A DNA stretch of 64,000 nucleotides from a virus: positions 32,001 to 96,000 of IMG/VR virus record IMGVR_UViG_3300032236_001503; one strand, 5' to 3'. The notes beneath the pieces are model-generated. The model worked only from the letters and a program-made list of their open reading frames with translations. It ran no database searches and was not told the DNA's origin. The translations under genes and the position numbers were made by a program. Numbering within the stretch: position 1 is the first letter of the stretch; each line of letters opens with the position of its first letter. Below are positions 27,858-38,194 of the stretch, in pieces.

Positions 27858-28904
27858 ATGAAGATTAAGAGTAAAAAGATAGGATGTTTTTCTGATATCC
27901 ATATTGGGTTAGGTCAGGATAGCAAACAATGGCATGATATTGCTTTAAATTTTGCTAAATGGGCATCTGAATATTACAAAGATCAGGGTATTGATGAAAT
28001 ATTGATACCCGGTGACATCTTTCACAACAGAAGTGAGATCGGTGTTAACACCCTAGCAGTCGCAAAACAGTTTTTTGATTACTTTAAGGATTTTACAATT
28101 TATATTTCTAGTGGTAATCATGATTGTTTCTATAAAAACAACAGCACAGTCAATTCTATATCTATTTTAGGTGGTTGGGGTAACATTCATATCATTGATA
28201 ATGAATGTGAGACGATTAAAACACCATATAAAGATATAATCATGGTTCCTTGGGGCGTTGAATATGATCAAATACCAAAAACTGACGGAATAATCTTTGG
28301 ACACTTCGAAATTAGTTCATTTTACATGAATTCTTACAAGGTTTGTGAGCATGGTATGGAGTCAAAACAATTATTTAAGAAAGCACCATTAATTGTATCT
28401 GGTCACTTTCATAAAAAAGATGATAGAAAATACGATAAAGGTAGAATTGTCTATTTAGGTAGCCCATTCCAACATAATTTCGGTGATGCTGGTGATATTA
28501 GAGGTATCTACATTCTTGATTTAGAGAAAAATGAGTTTGAGTTTATTGAAAATGAAATTTCACCCAAACATATCAAAGTTTCAACTAAAGCAATTTTAGA
28601 AAATGATGTAGACATCGAAAATTACTTATTAAAGGATAATATTGTAAGTTTGATTGTCGATATGGAAATTGAGCAAGAAGAACTTGCACAATTAACTTTA
28701 AAAATTAACAAAAATTCACCTTTATCGGTTAGAACTGATTATCTTGCTGAAAATTCCAATATCGAAACGTTTGATGACACTAAAGAATTTGATTCTGGTA
28801 ATCTTCTTAAAGATATAGAGGATTTCGTCAACAATCTTGATATAGAAAACAAAAAAGAGGTAATTGAATATCTAACAGATTCTTATAATTTATTAACAAA
28901 ATGA
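27858..28904 (+). CDS. gp47: Recombination endonuclease subunit (Mre11/SbcD-like)
   Basis: SDIH, GDIFH, GNHD, GHF, SGHFH, YLGSP phosphoesterase motifs. Confidence 0.92.
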   Translation: MKIKSKKIGCFSDIHIGLGQDSKQWHDIALNFAKWASEYYKDQGIDEILIPGDIFHNRSEIGVNTLAVAKQFFDYFKDFTIYISSGNHDCFYKNNSTVNSISILGGWGNIHIIDNECETIKTPYKDIIMVPWGVEYDQIPKTDGIIFGHFEISSFYMNSYKVCEHGMESKQLFKKAPLIVSGHFHKKDDRKYDKGRIVYLGSPFQHNFGDAGDIRGIYILDLEKNEFEFIENEISPKHIKVSTKAILENDVDIENYLLKDNIVSLIVDMEIEQEELAQLTLKINKNSPLSVRTDYLAENSNIETFDDTKEFDSGNLLKDIEDFVNNLDIENKKEVIEYLTDSYNLLTK

Positions 28905-29680
28905 ACAACGAAATAGGAATAGGCATTCTTGACCTTTATACTCAAGAGGATTTACAAAACTGTTGGGATTCAATCCCACAACAATATAAAAATCACGATG
29001 ATTTACTGACTCGTGTATTTGTTGTCAGTAATAACAAGAATAAACCATTGCCTGATGCTCAAACCAAGCAATATACTACCGCAGTTCAACTCGCAACAAT
29101 GAGAAACTATCTTATTTCTCAGATGAGACTTCGTGGATGCAAATATTATTTCTTATTACATTCGAATCAGGTTATTAAAGACCCACAAATTTTTGAAAAG
29201 ACTCTTAAATTAGCAGATACATTTGGTACTTGGGTTATTATGGGAGCATCAACCGATAACATTCCCCTTGAAGACGATGAAAAAGGAGTAACCCTTAATT
29301 TATCAAAGCATTTAAATAGTGAATTTATGTTTTTATTCTCAGGAATAGTAAAAACTTTTGGATATTTTGATGAAAGATACTTTAATAGTTTGCAACTTGA
29401 TGTTTTAGACTACGTTACGAAGGTAAGAGGTAAGAATGCTTATCCACCAAACAACTATCATCCAACAATACCTAATGATTGGTTAGAAAGCGGTATAGGA
29501 AATATCAATAAGCTTGGATTAAAGGACATTCCGGACGAATCAAGAGATGTTCAATTGAGTTATGCTCATTTTATGAATCAACATAGATATTTGCCAACAC
29601 AAAATGATCCAGTTCATGTATCTCAGGATGAATTACTCAAAGCAATGGAAGTAATTCAGACTAATTATGCAAAAAAATAA
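28901..29680 (+). CDS. Degenerate GT-A (GT2-like) paralogue lacking the DxD motif
   Basis: Aligns by eye with the next two ORFs (IGIG, RN.L, G.FD.RY, .PP...H) but has LLHSN where they have MEDD/IEDD. Confidence 0.55.
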   Translation: MNNEIGIGILDLYTQEDLQNCWDSIPQQYKNHDDLLTRVFVVSNNKNKPLPDAQTKQYTTAVQLATMRNYLISQMRLRGCKYYFLLHSNQVIKDPQIFEKTLKLADTFGTWVIMGASTDNIPLEDDEKGVTLNLSKHLNSEFMFLFSGIVKTFGYFDERYFNSLQLDVLDYVTKVRGKNAYPPNNYHPTIPNDWLESGIGNINKLGLKDIPDESRDVQLSYAHFMNQHRYLPTQNDPVHVSQDELLKAMEVIQTNYAKK

Positions 29681-30494
29681 AATCGGTGTTGGTCTAATCA
29701 CATGTGATAGGCAAGACTTTTTTACAAAGGCTATAAAAAGTCTTATTAATGCATTAGAAGATTATCCATATCATGAATTGATTGTTGTTAATGACGGATT
29801 AACTGCTATACATAGTGAAGATTACCATGTTGTTAATACTGGTGGTAAAATTGGAGTTGGTAGAGCTAAAAACGTAGCATTAAATTACCTTTTGAATAAA
29901 AATCGTAAATGTGAACACATATTTTTAATGGAAGATGATATCGAAATATCAGATCCATATGTTTTTAAAGAATACATCAAAACTGCAAGCGTTACAGGCA
30001 TTAAACATTTAAATTATGCTTTACACGGTAATCACAATAGAGATAATTACGGTAATGCACTCGTAAGAAAGACTGTTAACTATCCAGACAATACAAAAGT
30101 AGATTTATATCCAAATTTACTTGGTGCATTTAGTTATTTTCATAATAGCTGCTTAGATGAAATTGGATTAATCGATCCCGATTATTATAATGCTATGGAA
30201 CACGTAGATCATACATATAGAGCGATTAAAGCAGCATATCACCCACCCTTTAGGTGGTTTGCTGATGTTCATGGTTCGGATAAAATGCTTAAAGATATAG
30301 TTCCAGACCATCAACAAAGTAAAATTAGAAATGAGGCTAATTTTCAAGAAACTTTTAAGAAAGGTGTTGATCTTTTTATCGAAAAGCAAGGGTTTAGTGT
30401 TATTGGTGGGTACGGACCACCAGAAAAACACTATACCGAAGAGGAATGCCTAAAATCATTACAAGATATATGGAAAAAGAGAAAATCGGAGTAG
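29667..30494 (+). CDS. Glycosyltransferase family 2
   Basis: VVNDG, GVGRAKN, FLMEDD, GLIDPDY, EHVDHTYR. Confidence 0.85.
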   Translation: MQKNKIGVGLITCDRQDFFTKAIKSLINALEDYPYHELIVVNDGLTAIHSEDYHVVNTGGKIGVGRAKNVALNYLLNKNRKCEHIFLMEDDIEISDPYVFKEYIKTASVTGIKHLNYALHGNHNRDNYGNALVRKTVNYPDNTKVDLYPNLLGAFSYFHNSCLDEIGLIDPDYYNAMEHVDHTYRAIKAAYHPPFRWFADVHGSDKMLKDIVPDHQQSKIRNEANFQETFKKGVDLFIEKQGFSVIGGYGPPEKHYTEEECLKSLQDIWKKRKSE

Positions 30495-31246
30495 GAATAG
30501 TTACATATAACTCAGAAGAATACTTTAAAACTCTTTATGAGTCACTTCCGCTTGCAAAAATTGATGAATTGGTTGTGATTAACGGTGGAAATCACTATAG
30601 GGAAAATTATGCATGTCATTGGGTTCAACATAATACAAATTGTTACCCATCAGTTTGCAGAAATGATGCTGTAAGCTTCCTTTTAAATCGAAATTGTGAG
30701 CATATTTTTATAATTGAAGATGATATGATAATAAAAAGACCTGATATTTTTGATGCATATATTAATGCTTCAAAAGAATCAGGTTTAAAGTATCTTTGCT
30801 TTACTAGTATGGCTTGGGAATCGGGTTCTATTGGTAATAGGACACCACGATTAACCGTAAACTACAAAAATGATGTAAAAATATCTCTTTATAAGAATAT
30901 GTGTAATGAATTTACATATCATCATAAATCATGTTTTGAAAAAGTTGGATTATATGACACACAATTTAGAGATCCATTTGATATTGATATGGCTTATAGA
31001 GAATCGCAACAAGACTACGCCGCACCATTCTGGTGGTTTGCTGATATAGCTGACGCAGATTTATATATTGAAAATAACCCAAATGCCACTAGCCGTTTAC
31101 AAGCTGAAAGACCAGATGGATCAAGAGAAACTAGAATACAAGAGCAATGGCAACTGTTTATTAAAAAACATGGGTTACAAGTAAATCAAATACCGGATAT
31201 TTCACAAATAGACGTAGTTGATAAGTTAAAAAATATTAAACCATGA
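30470..31246 (+). CDS. Glycosyltransferase family 2
   Basis: GIVTYN, CRN, FIIEDD, VGLYD, PFWWFADI; start moved to ATG 30470. Confidence 0.85.
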   Translation: MEKEKIGVGIVTYNSEEYFKTLYESLPLAKIDELVVINGGNHYRENYACHWVQHNTNCYPSVCRNDAVSFLLNRNCEHIFIIEDDMIIKRPDIFDAYINASKESGLKYLCFTSMAWESGSIGNRTPRLTVNYKNDVKISLYKNMCNEFTYHHKSCFEKVGLYDTQFRDPFDIDMAYRESQQDYAAPFWWFADIADADLYIENNPNATSRLQAERPDGSRETRIQEQWQLFIKKHGLQVNQIPDISQIDVVDKLKNIKP

Positions 31247-32019
31247 AAATAGCAATAGGAATCAATATTTTTGGTTATTATACCAGACAAGATCAATGTA
31301 TAGAAGTTTTAAACCGTTTTGTGTCAAAACATTCAAATATTTCTCTCTATAATATAACATTTGAAAATGAAAAAAACTACACTTTAGGTTTTAAACATCT
31401 ACCGATCTTAAAAAGAAGAGCAAAAGATATAATTCAAGGGTCAGTTTCGGACAAACCAATAGCCAAAGATTTTTTCGATGCATTATCTACGGTTGATTGT
31501 GATTATTTTTTATTTTTAAACAGTGATATATTAATAACCGAAAAATTAATCAAGTTGATAGAAAAGGGAGAATATGAAACCTATTCCTTTTCAAGACATG
31601 ATTGCTATAAGATCGAATCCCTGAGTAATATTATTCCATTTAGGATAGAAATAGCAGGATTTGACGCATGGTGCGTTAAAAAAGATTGGTGGATTGAAAA
31701 TAGAGATTATTTCAATGATTATGTTTATGCTGAACACTTATGGGATGTTGCTTTTACGGTAGAAATGTACAATCGAAGCAATTCATTCATTGGTAACAAA
31801 GAAGTTTATCTTTGTCACGAAAAACATGAACTAAAGTGGAATGAATTTTCACCTGAAGCAACTCATAATTCAAAATTATGGGAAAATACACCATATCATA
31901 AGAGATGGCACGAGTTTATCTACTCATACCTAGTAAAAAGAATGCCATACGGTCAATTTTTATATGCTTTACCTGACGAGCAACAAAAAGAAAAGGAATA
32001 TTTAAAAATATGCCAATAA
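31243..32019 (+). CDS. GT-A fold glycosyltransferase-like protein
   Basis: FLNSDI, SRxD, GFDAW, WD, HExH motifs. Confidence 0.6.
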   Translation: MKIAIGINIFGYYTRQDQCIEVLNRFVSKHSNISLYNITFENEKNYTLGFKHLPILKRRAKDIIQGSVSDKPIAKDFFDALSTVDCDYFLFLNSDILITEKLIKLIEKGEYETYSFSRHDCYKIESLSNIIPFRIEIAGFDAWCVKKDWWIENRDYFNDYVYAEHLWDVAFTVEMYNRSNSFIGNKEVYLCHEKHELKWNEFSPEATHNSKLWENTPYHKRWHEFIYSYLVKRMPYGQFLYALPDEQQKEKEYLKICQ

Positions 32020-32684
32020 GTGATTCATTTATAAAAGATTTTTATAGTAAAATCTATATAATCCATTGGAAACCTTTAACAGATAGAAGGAAATACATGG
32101 AAGAGAAGTTAGAAGAGTTTGGTTTAACTGATTTAGTTGAATGGGTGGATCAATATGATACACCGCAAACCGTTAAAAAGATAAAAAACGTATTCCATAT
32201 TAATCCAAGATTAATTTGTGTTAATCAATCACACATATATTGCTATCAGCAACAGATAAAAAACAAATACAAACATATTCTAATATTAGAAGATGATGTT
32301 GATTTTGAAAATATAGATTTTCGAATGTATTTGGAGCAAGCAGCATTTGAATTTGAAAAATTAGATGGCGATGTTGCATTTTTAAGCTCTTGTTGTGGGT
32401 TAGAAGTTAAAAATAAAAAGCCACCAACTCTTTTATACTACGATGCATCATATGTAACTAGATGTACTGGTGCTTATATAGTAAATTTAAGATGCGCAGA
32501 GAGTCTTTTAACCGCTGCTAGGTTAAACTGTCACGCAATCGATAGAGTTTTAAATTTCTTTATACCTCAAATGAAAATAAGAGTTTTATGGTCAGGATTA
32601 GTGTTAAAACAGGGTTCTGAAACTGGAAAATACAAGAGTTCTTTTCTTGATATAAGAGATAAAAACGGTAATTACAAATCATAA
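32010..32684 (+). CDS. Glycosyltransferase family 25
   Basis: DRRxxM, SHxxxY, ILEDDV, TxAYxVN, AID. Confidence 0.8.
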   Translation: MPISDSFIKDFYSKIYIIHWKPLTDRRKYMEEKLEEFGLTDLVEWVDQYDTPQTVKKIKNVFHINPRLICVNQSHIYCYQQQIKNKYKHILILEDDVDFENIDFRMYLEQAAFEFEKLDGDVAFLSSCCGLEVKNKKPPTLLYYDASYVTRCTGAYIVNLRCAESLLTAARLNCHAIDRVLNFFIPQMKIRVLWSGLVLKQGSETGKYKSSFLDIRDKNGNYKS

Positions 32685-32685
32685 G

Positions 32686-33285
32686 ATGAATATTAATTTA
32701 GAATTGATTAAAAAATATTTCTATCCTAAAAATATATTGGATATAGGTGCTCATTGTGGTGAATTTAATGCTCATTGTAAACATTTTTTTCCTGATAGTA
32801 AAATAATCTCAATTGAGGGAAACGAATCATGTGAAAAGGATTTAAAAAATAATAATTGTGATTACAAGATACTTTTACTAGGTAAAGAAAATAAAAAAGT
32901 CATCTTTTATAAACAAAAAAATGATTTAGCATGTACTGGCAATTCAATCTATAAAGAGTTAACGGAGCATTTTAATGATGATGCTTTGATTAAAGAAGAA
33001 AAGAATCTTAAAATGTTAGATGAAGTTTTTGATCAAACTACTACATTTGATTTAATCAAAATAGATACACAAGGTTCTGAATTAGATATACTAGAAGGTG
33101 GCAAAAATCTTGCACAAAAAGCAAATGGAATACTGTTAGAGGTCTCATTAGAGCCTTATAATGAAGGTGCTCCGTTATATGATGAAGTTGTAAAATACAT
33201 GAATAGTATTGGGTTTGAAGAAAAGGAAACATTGGATAGAAGCACAAATCCCCCACAATTAGATATTCTCTTTATAAAAAAATGA
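32686..33285 (+). CDS. FkbM-family SAM methyltransferase
   Basis: LDIGAHxG, IKIDTQGSELDILxG. Confidence 0.9.
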   Translation: MNINLELIKKYFYPKNILDIGAHCGEFNAHCKHFFPDSKIISIEGNESCEKDLKNNNCDYKILLLGKENKKVIFYKQKNDLACTGNSIYKELTEHFNDDALIKEEKNLKMLDEVFDQTTTFDLIKIDTQGSELDILEGGKNLAQKANGILLEVSLEPYNEGAPLYDEVVKYMNSIGFEEKETLDRSTNPPQLDILFIKK

Positions 33286-33974
33286 AATTATATACCGTAT
33301 TCACAGAATCACATTATGGAATGTTCAAAGATTACTTTATAAAAAGTTTTCCATTTGATCCAAATTTAGAACTTGTAGTTAAATTCAAACCTCAAGTTTG
33401 CGCCAGTTCGGAATTTCAAAGCGAAGGATGGAGAGAAACTATGATGTACAAGGTTCAATGTTTCATTGATGCAGCATATGAAACCGAATATGGACAGTGT
33501 TTCATGTTTGCAGACCCAGACATTCAATTTTTTAAACCATTTCATGATGACGTTTTAAAACATCTTGGTGATGCGGATGCAATTTTTCAAAATGATTTCG
33601 GAGGTGGTGTTAATACTGGATTTTTTATGATGAGATCAACTCCCGTTACAAGAGCATTTCTTCAAACAGTAAAGGGCAATCTCCATAACTTCCCAGAAGA
33701 ACAAGTTTGCTTCAATCATTTATTGAGAAATTTTCAAATATATCCAAAAATTGCATTTAAATGGGGAATGCTACCAAAAGAATATTGGACTTATGGTGAA
33801 TTAGCAATTCATAGAGCTACACAACAAAATCCAGCAGGTACATGGCAAGGTAATGAAGAATTTGATATACCTGAAAATATAATAATTCACCATGCCAACT
33901 GGACAACTCCATTTAAAAATAAAATAAAGTTATTAGATGTCGTAAAGGAGAAATACAATGCTAGATCAGTTTAA
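33282..33974 (+). CDS. Nucleotide-diphospho-sugar transferase (GT77-like)
   Basis: FADPDIQF, FQND, NTGFF, EQxxFN, HAN..K. Confidence 0.75.
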   Translation: MKLYTVFTESHYGMFKDYFIKSFPFDPNLELVVKFKPQVCASSEFQSEGWRETMMYKVQCFIDAAYETEYGQCFMFADPDIQFFKPFHDDVLKHLGDADAIFQNDFGGGVNTGFFMMRSTPVTRAFLQTVKGNLHNFPEEQVCFNHLLRNFQIYPKIAFKWGMLPKEYWTYGELAIHRATQQNPAGTWQGNEEFDIPENIIIHHANWTTPFKNKIKLLDVVKEKYNARSV

Positions 33975-34839
33975 AAAATACTGCGTACAAGCGGTTTATC
34001 CACCATATCCATTCTACCATCAGGGGAAATATATAGAACAATATTTTTTAGATTTTTATTTAAAAAATATCGATATTTTTGAAAAATTAGATAGACAATA
34101 TATTCCAGTTACATGGACTGATGTGTATTTAAAGGCAATGAACGTTGTTCCTGAACTCCAAAAGGAAATAAACAATCTTGATAGATCTAAGAAATATTTT
34201 ACGGTATCTCAACATGACGATGCTCCATTTCAAAAATTTCCACCAAATACGATACATTTTTCTGCTGGTGGCAATATGCCAAATACCATACCAATTCCTT
34301 TAATTTGTAGTGAAATACCAAACAAACCTGTTGTTGAAAAGGATATATTTTGCAGTTTCGTAGGGAGTATAACTGATGCTGGTACAGGTTGGGGTAAAGT
34401 TGCACATCAAATTAGAATGAAAATGCTGGAAGTCTTGATAGATAAACCAGAATATGTTTTAAAACCTAAAAATTGGTCAGAAGAAGTTAAAAATGAAAGG
34501 CAAGATTTGTTTTTAAACACAACGGCACGAAGTAAATTTACATTATGCCCAAGAGGTTACGGAGCAACTAGTTTCAGATTATATGAATCAATGCAATTAG
34601 GTTCGGTTCCAGTTTATATCTATTTCCAAAGACCATTTCTACCATTTGTTGATGATATTAATTGGGATGATATATGTGTATTGGTTGATTTTGATGATAT
34701 TGAAAGCTTAGATGATAGATTAAAATCTATTTCGGATGAAAGATATAACTTTATGCTTGAAAAAATAAAAGAAGTTTATCCAAAGTATTTTACTTTACAG
34801 GCAATGTGTGATAATATCTTAAAAACATTGCAAAAATGA
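33958..34839 (+). CDS. Exostosin-family glycosyltransferase (GT47)
   Basis: FVGS, SKFTLCPRGYGxxSFRLYExxxxGxVPV, LPFxxxINW. Confidence 0.85.
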   Translation: MLDQFKKYCVQAVYPPYPFYHQGKYIEQYFLDFYLKNIDIFEKLDRQYIPVTWTDVYLKAMNVVPELQKEINNLDRSKKYFTVSQHDDAPFQKFPPNTIHFSAGGNMPNTIPIPLICSEIPNKPVVEKDIFCSFVGSITDAGTGWGKVAHQIRMKMLEVLIDKPEYVLKPKNWSEEVKNERQDLFLNTTARSKFTLCPRGYGATSFRLYESMQLGSVPVYIYFQRPFLPFVDDINWDDICVLVDFDDIESLDDRLKSISDERYNFMLEKIKEVYPKYFTLQAMCDNILKTLQK

Positions 34840-35600
34840 AAAAAGTATTATTTGTAATTGCCCGTTATAACGATTATAGGCAAAAAATATTTGACGAGAT
34901 CATCTCACCTAGAAATAAAGCTTATTGTGATAAGCATGGATTCAAATATATCGCAATAGGAAACGAAACACCGCTTGAATTATATAGAGGTAATCCAACT
35001 TGGTGGAAATTTTCAATAGTAAAGGATTTAATTGATAATGGAACTCTTAAAGACGGAGATATTCTTGCACATATTGATGCAGATATGTATTTCGTTAACG
35101 ATTCTGTCTCAATTGAGACACCAAAATCATTTTCTTATGCAATAGATTCAGGAAATACTCATTGCATGGGTTGGTATAGTATAAAAATTAATGATTGGTC
35201 AAAAAAATTAATCAATAACATTCTTTCAGAGGAAAGGTTTAATAAATTATATAAAAAAATTTCAATACATGAAAGATTCAAAACCCATTCTAGTTTTTGG
35301 CATGAGTTTAGAGAACAGGCAAGTTGGTATAGTTTAGCAGGAATTAAAAGACATTCGGATAAATCATTTTGGGAATACCCAAATAATGGTTTTCATAGTG
35401 AAATGAACGAAGATGTAATCTATTCCTTGGATGAACTCAATGAAAACGTTCAGATATTCGATACTGGATTTAATGTAACCGAATGGGTTGGTGAAAGTAG
35501 TTGCCAATTTGATATAAACAGAGTATCTATTGATAATATTGTCATTAGACACTTTGCTGGTGGTCAAGATTGGAATAATGTAAGAAATTGGATAAATTAA
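34836..35600 (+). CDS. GT34-like (GMA12/MNN10) glycosyltransferase
   Basis: NKxYCxxHG, WxK, IDAD, EQ, HFAG. Confidence 0.7.
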   Translation: MKKVLFVIARYNDYRQKIFDEIISPRNKAYCDKHGFKYIAIGNETPLELYRGNPTWWKFSIVKDLIDNGTLKDGDILAHIDADMYFVNDSVSIETPKSFSYAIDSGNTHCMGWYSIKINDWSKKLINNILSEERFNKLYKKISIHERFKTHSSFWHEFREQASWYSLAGIKRHSDKSFWEYPNNGFHSEMNEDVIYSLDELNENVQIFDTGFNVTEWVGESSCQFDINRVSIDNIVIRHFAGGQDWNNVRNWIN

Positions 35601-35603
35601 AAC

Positions 35604-36638
35604 ATGAAAAAAGTTTTAATTACTGGTTCTGGTGGATTAATCGGTTCTGAAGCCGTTGAATATTATTGCAATAAAGGATATCAAGTTGTTGGAACTGATA
35701 ATAATTTCAGAGAGTATTTTTTTGGTAAAGGTGGATCGGTTAATTGGAGAATTGATGAATTAAAAAAACATAAAAACTATACTCATTATAGTTCCAATAT
35801 TGTTAATAATGAAGAAGTTGAAAATATCTTTATACAACAGGGTAAATTTGATTTAATTATCCACACTGCGGCTCAGCCATCTCATGATTGGGCATGTAAG
35901 GAGCCATTAACAGATTTTAACGTTAATGCAGTTGGTACAATTAATCTTTTGGAGTCTTATAGATTACACTCACCAGATGCAGTTTTTATTTTTACATCAA
36001 CTAATAAGGTTTATGGTGATACCCCAAATAGAATTGCACTTCACGAAGACGAAACTAGATTTAGCCCTCTTTTACCCGACCATGAAAACGGTTTTGATGA
36101 ATGGGTATCAATAGATCATTGTCTACATAGCGTATTTGGTGCTAGTAAAGTGGCTGCTGATATAATGGTTCAAGAGTATGGAAAATATTTTAATTTAAAA
36201 ACTGTTGTATTTAGAGGTGGTTGCTTAACCGGACAGAAACATTCTGGTGTTGAACTTCATGGATTTCTTTCATACTTGGTAAAATGTTGTGTAAATGACA
36301 TTCCATACACAATTTTTGGGTATAAAGGTAAGCAAGTAAGAGATAATATCCATTCCTCAGATTTAATATCAGCCTTTGATGCATATTTTGAATCACCTAG
36401 ATCAAATGGCGAAGTTTATAATATCGGTGGAGGAATTTATTCAAATTGTTCGGTCTTAGAAGCTATTTCTCTAATAGAAACTATGACAAATAAGAAATTA
36501 AACTATACTATTAAAGATGAAAACCGAATGGGTGATCATATATGGTGGATTTCTGATACTAGAAAATTTAAAAGACATTTTCCAAATTGGAAACAAGAAT
36601 ATAACATGGAAAAAATCATAGAAACCTTTTTAAAATAA
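35604..36638 (+). CDS. NAD-dependent nucleotide-sugar epimerase (CDP-paratose 2-epimerase-like SDR)
   Basis: TGSGGLIG, HTAAQPSHD, STNKVYGD, FGASK, GKQVRD. Confidence 0.85.
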   Translation: MKKVLITGSGGLIGSEAVEYYCNKGYQVVGTDNNFREYFFGKGGSVNWRIDELKKHKNYTHYSSNIVNNEEVENIFIQQGKFDLIIHTAAQPSHDWACKEPLTDFNVNAVGTINLLESYRLHSPDAVFIFTSTNKVYGDTPNRIALHEDETRFSPLLPDHENGFDEWVSIDHCLHSVFGASKVAADIMVQEYGKYFNLKTVVFRGGCLTGQKHSGVELHGFLSYLVKCCVNDIPYTIFGYKGKQVRDNIHSSDLISAFDAYFESPRSNGEVYNIGGGIYSNCSVLEAISLIETMTNKKLNYTIKDENRMGDHIWWISDTRKFKRHFPNWKQEYNMEKIIETFLK

Positions 36639-37501
36639 TGAAAATATCTTTTCTAGATTTTTGGGATGGATTTGATGCTGAAAATAATTTTTTAATTGAT
36701 TTAATCAGATCCTTTAAATATGATGTTTATATATCTGAACCACACCAAGCCGATTTAATTATATTTTCATGTTTTGGTAATTCAAATAAACAATTTAATC
36801 ATTGCAAAAAGATATTTTATACCGGAGAAAATCTAAGACCTAATTTCAATGATTGTGATTACTCTTTAACATTTGATTTTGATGATTATGATGGCAAAAA
36901 TATTAGATTACCATTATGGTTAATGCAAATAGACTTTTTTAACAAAAAAAGTTATGGAAATCCTAAGTTTTTAATCAATTTAAAAACATTATTAGATAAT
37001 GAGGAAAATCCCTATTCAAAAATTAAAAAAGAAAATTTTTGCGTAATTGTAAACAATCATTTGGGTAATAAGCGTGAAGAAATACTGAGATGTTTAATAA
37101 AAAATAAACATAAACAAGTTAATGGTTATGGTAAAATATTTAACAATTGGTTTTATGGTGAGGATACCAAATTAGATATCCTTTCAAAGTTTAAATTTAA
37201 CATATGTTTTGAAAATTCAATACATTCAGGTTATTATACTGAAAAATTGATACATGCAAAGGCAGCTTTCACGATACCTGTTTATTATTCTGATAGTAAT
37301 ATCGAAAAGGATTTCAATAAAAATTCATTTTTAAATCTAAATGATTATGAATCAATGGAGCATTTTTGCGATAGAATATTAGAAATAGATTCTAACGAAT
37401 CTTTATATAAAGATATAGTTGAACAACCATTATTCAATAAACCTGATCACGCAATTCAATTATTAAGTGACATATCATATAAAATATCCAAAATACTATG
37501 A
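36638..37501 (+). CDS. GT10 alpha-1,3-fucosyltransferase-like
   Basis: KIFYTGENxRPxFNxCDY, RLPL, KFNICFENxxxxGYxTEK. Confidence 0.88.
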   Translation: MKISFLDFWDGFDAENNFLIDLIRSFKYDVYISEPHQADLIIFSCFGNSNKQFNHCKKIFYTGENLRPNFNDCDYSLTFDFDDYDGKNIRLPLWLMQIDFFNKKSYGNPKFLINLKTLLDNEENPYSKIKKENFCVIVNNHLGNKREEILRCLIKNKHKQVNGYGKIFNNWFYGEDTKLDILSKFKFNICFENSIHSGYYTEKLIHAKAAFTIPVYYSDSNIEKDFNKNSFLNLNDYESMEHFCDRILEIDSNESLYKDIVEQPLFNKPDHAIQLLSDISYKISKIL

Positions 37502-38193
37502 AGTTAAACACATATGTTATTCATTATACTAAGTTAAAAGAGAGAAAAGATAATATTATTTCTCTTTTTAATGATAATGATTTTAATTTAAATTTTATAG
37601 AAGAATTTGATAAAGAAGAGATAACAAAAGAAAACATAAGGTTGTTTTACAATCCAAATAAAGAATTATTTGATTCGAAAATCAGCCCCCTATGGGATAA
37701 CTCAATCCATAAATTTCGTTATTTAACTTACCCAGAGGCATCTTGTGCTATAAAACAAGTTTTAGCGATAAAACAAGTTTCAGAACAAGAAAATGAATAC
37801 GCATTAATCATAGAAGATGATGTTTTGCCAAAAAATTCAAATTTTTCAAAAGAAATTGAAAATGTGATATCAAACTCACCCAAAGATTGGGATGCAATAT
37901 TTATAGGTGAAGGTTGTGGTGAGGAATTTATTAAATTTAAACTAAATGATTTTCAAAAAATAAATGATAAAGTCTATAAAGCTAATCATCCAGCAACAAA
38001 TTGTGCAGAAGCATATATTTTAAAGAAAAGTTCAGCCCAAAAGATATATGAAAATATCATACCATTCCAACTTGCATTTGATTGGGAACTTGCATATATA
38101 TTCTATAAGCTAAAAATGAATATATACTGGGCTATACCGCCTATTTTTGTTCAGGGTTCAAAAAACGGAACTTACAACACAAGCATACAATAA
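37498..38193 (+). CDS. Glycosyltransferase family 25
   Basis: HYTKLKERK, IIEDDV, WD.IFIG, AEAYIL, FDW, QGS; paralogue of 32010-32684. Confidence 0.8.
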   Translation: MKLNTYVIHYTKLKERKDNIISLFNDNDFNLNFIEEFDKEEITKENIRLFYNPNKELFDSKISPLWDNSIHKFRYLTYPEASCAIKQVLAIKQVSEQENEYALIIEDDVLPKNSNFSKEIENVISNSPKDWDAIFIGEGCGEEFIKFKLNDFQKINDKVYKANHPATNCAEAYILKKSSAQKIYENIIPFQLAFDWELAYIFYKLKMNIYWAIPPIFVQGSKNGTYNTSIQ

Positions 38194-38194
38194 A

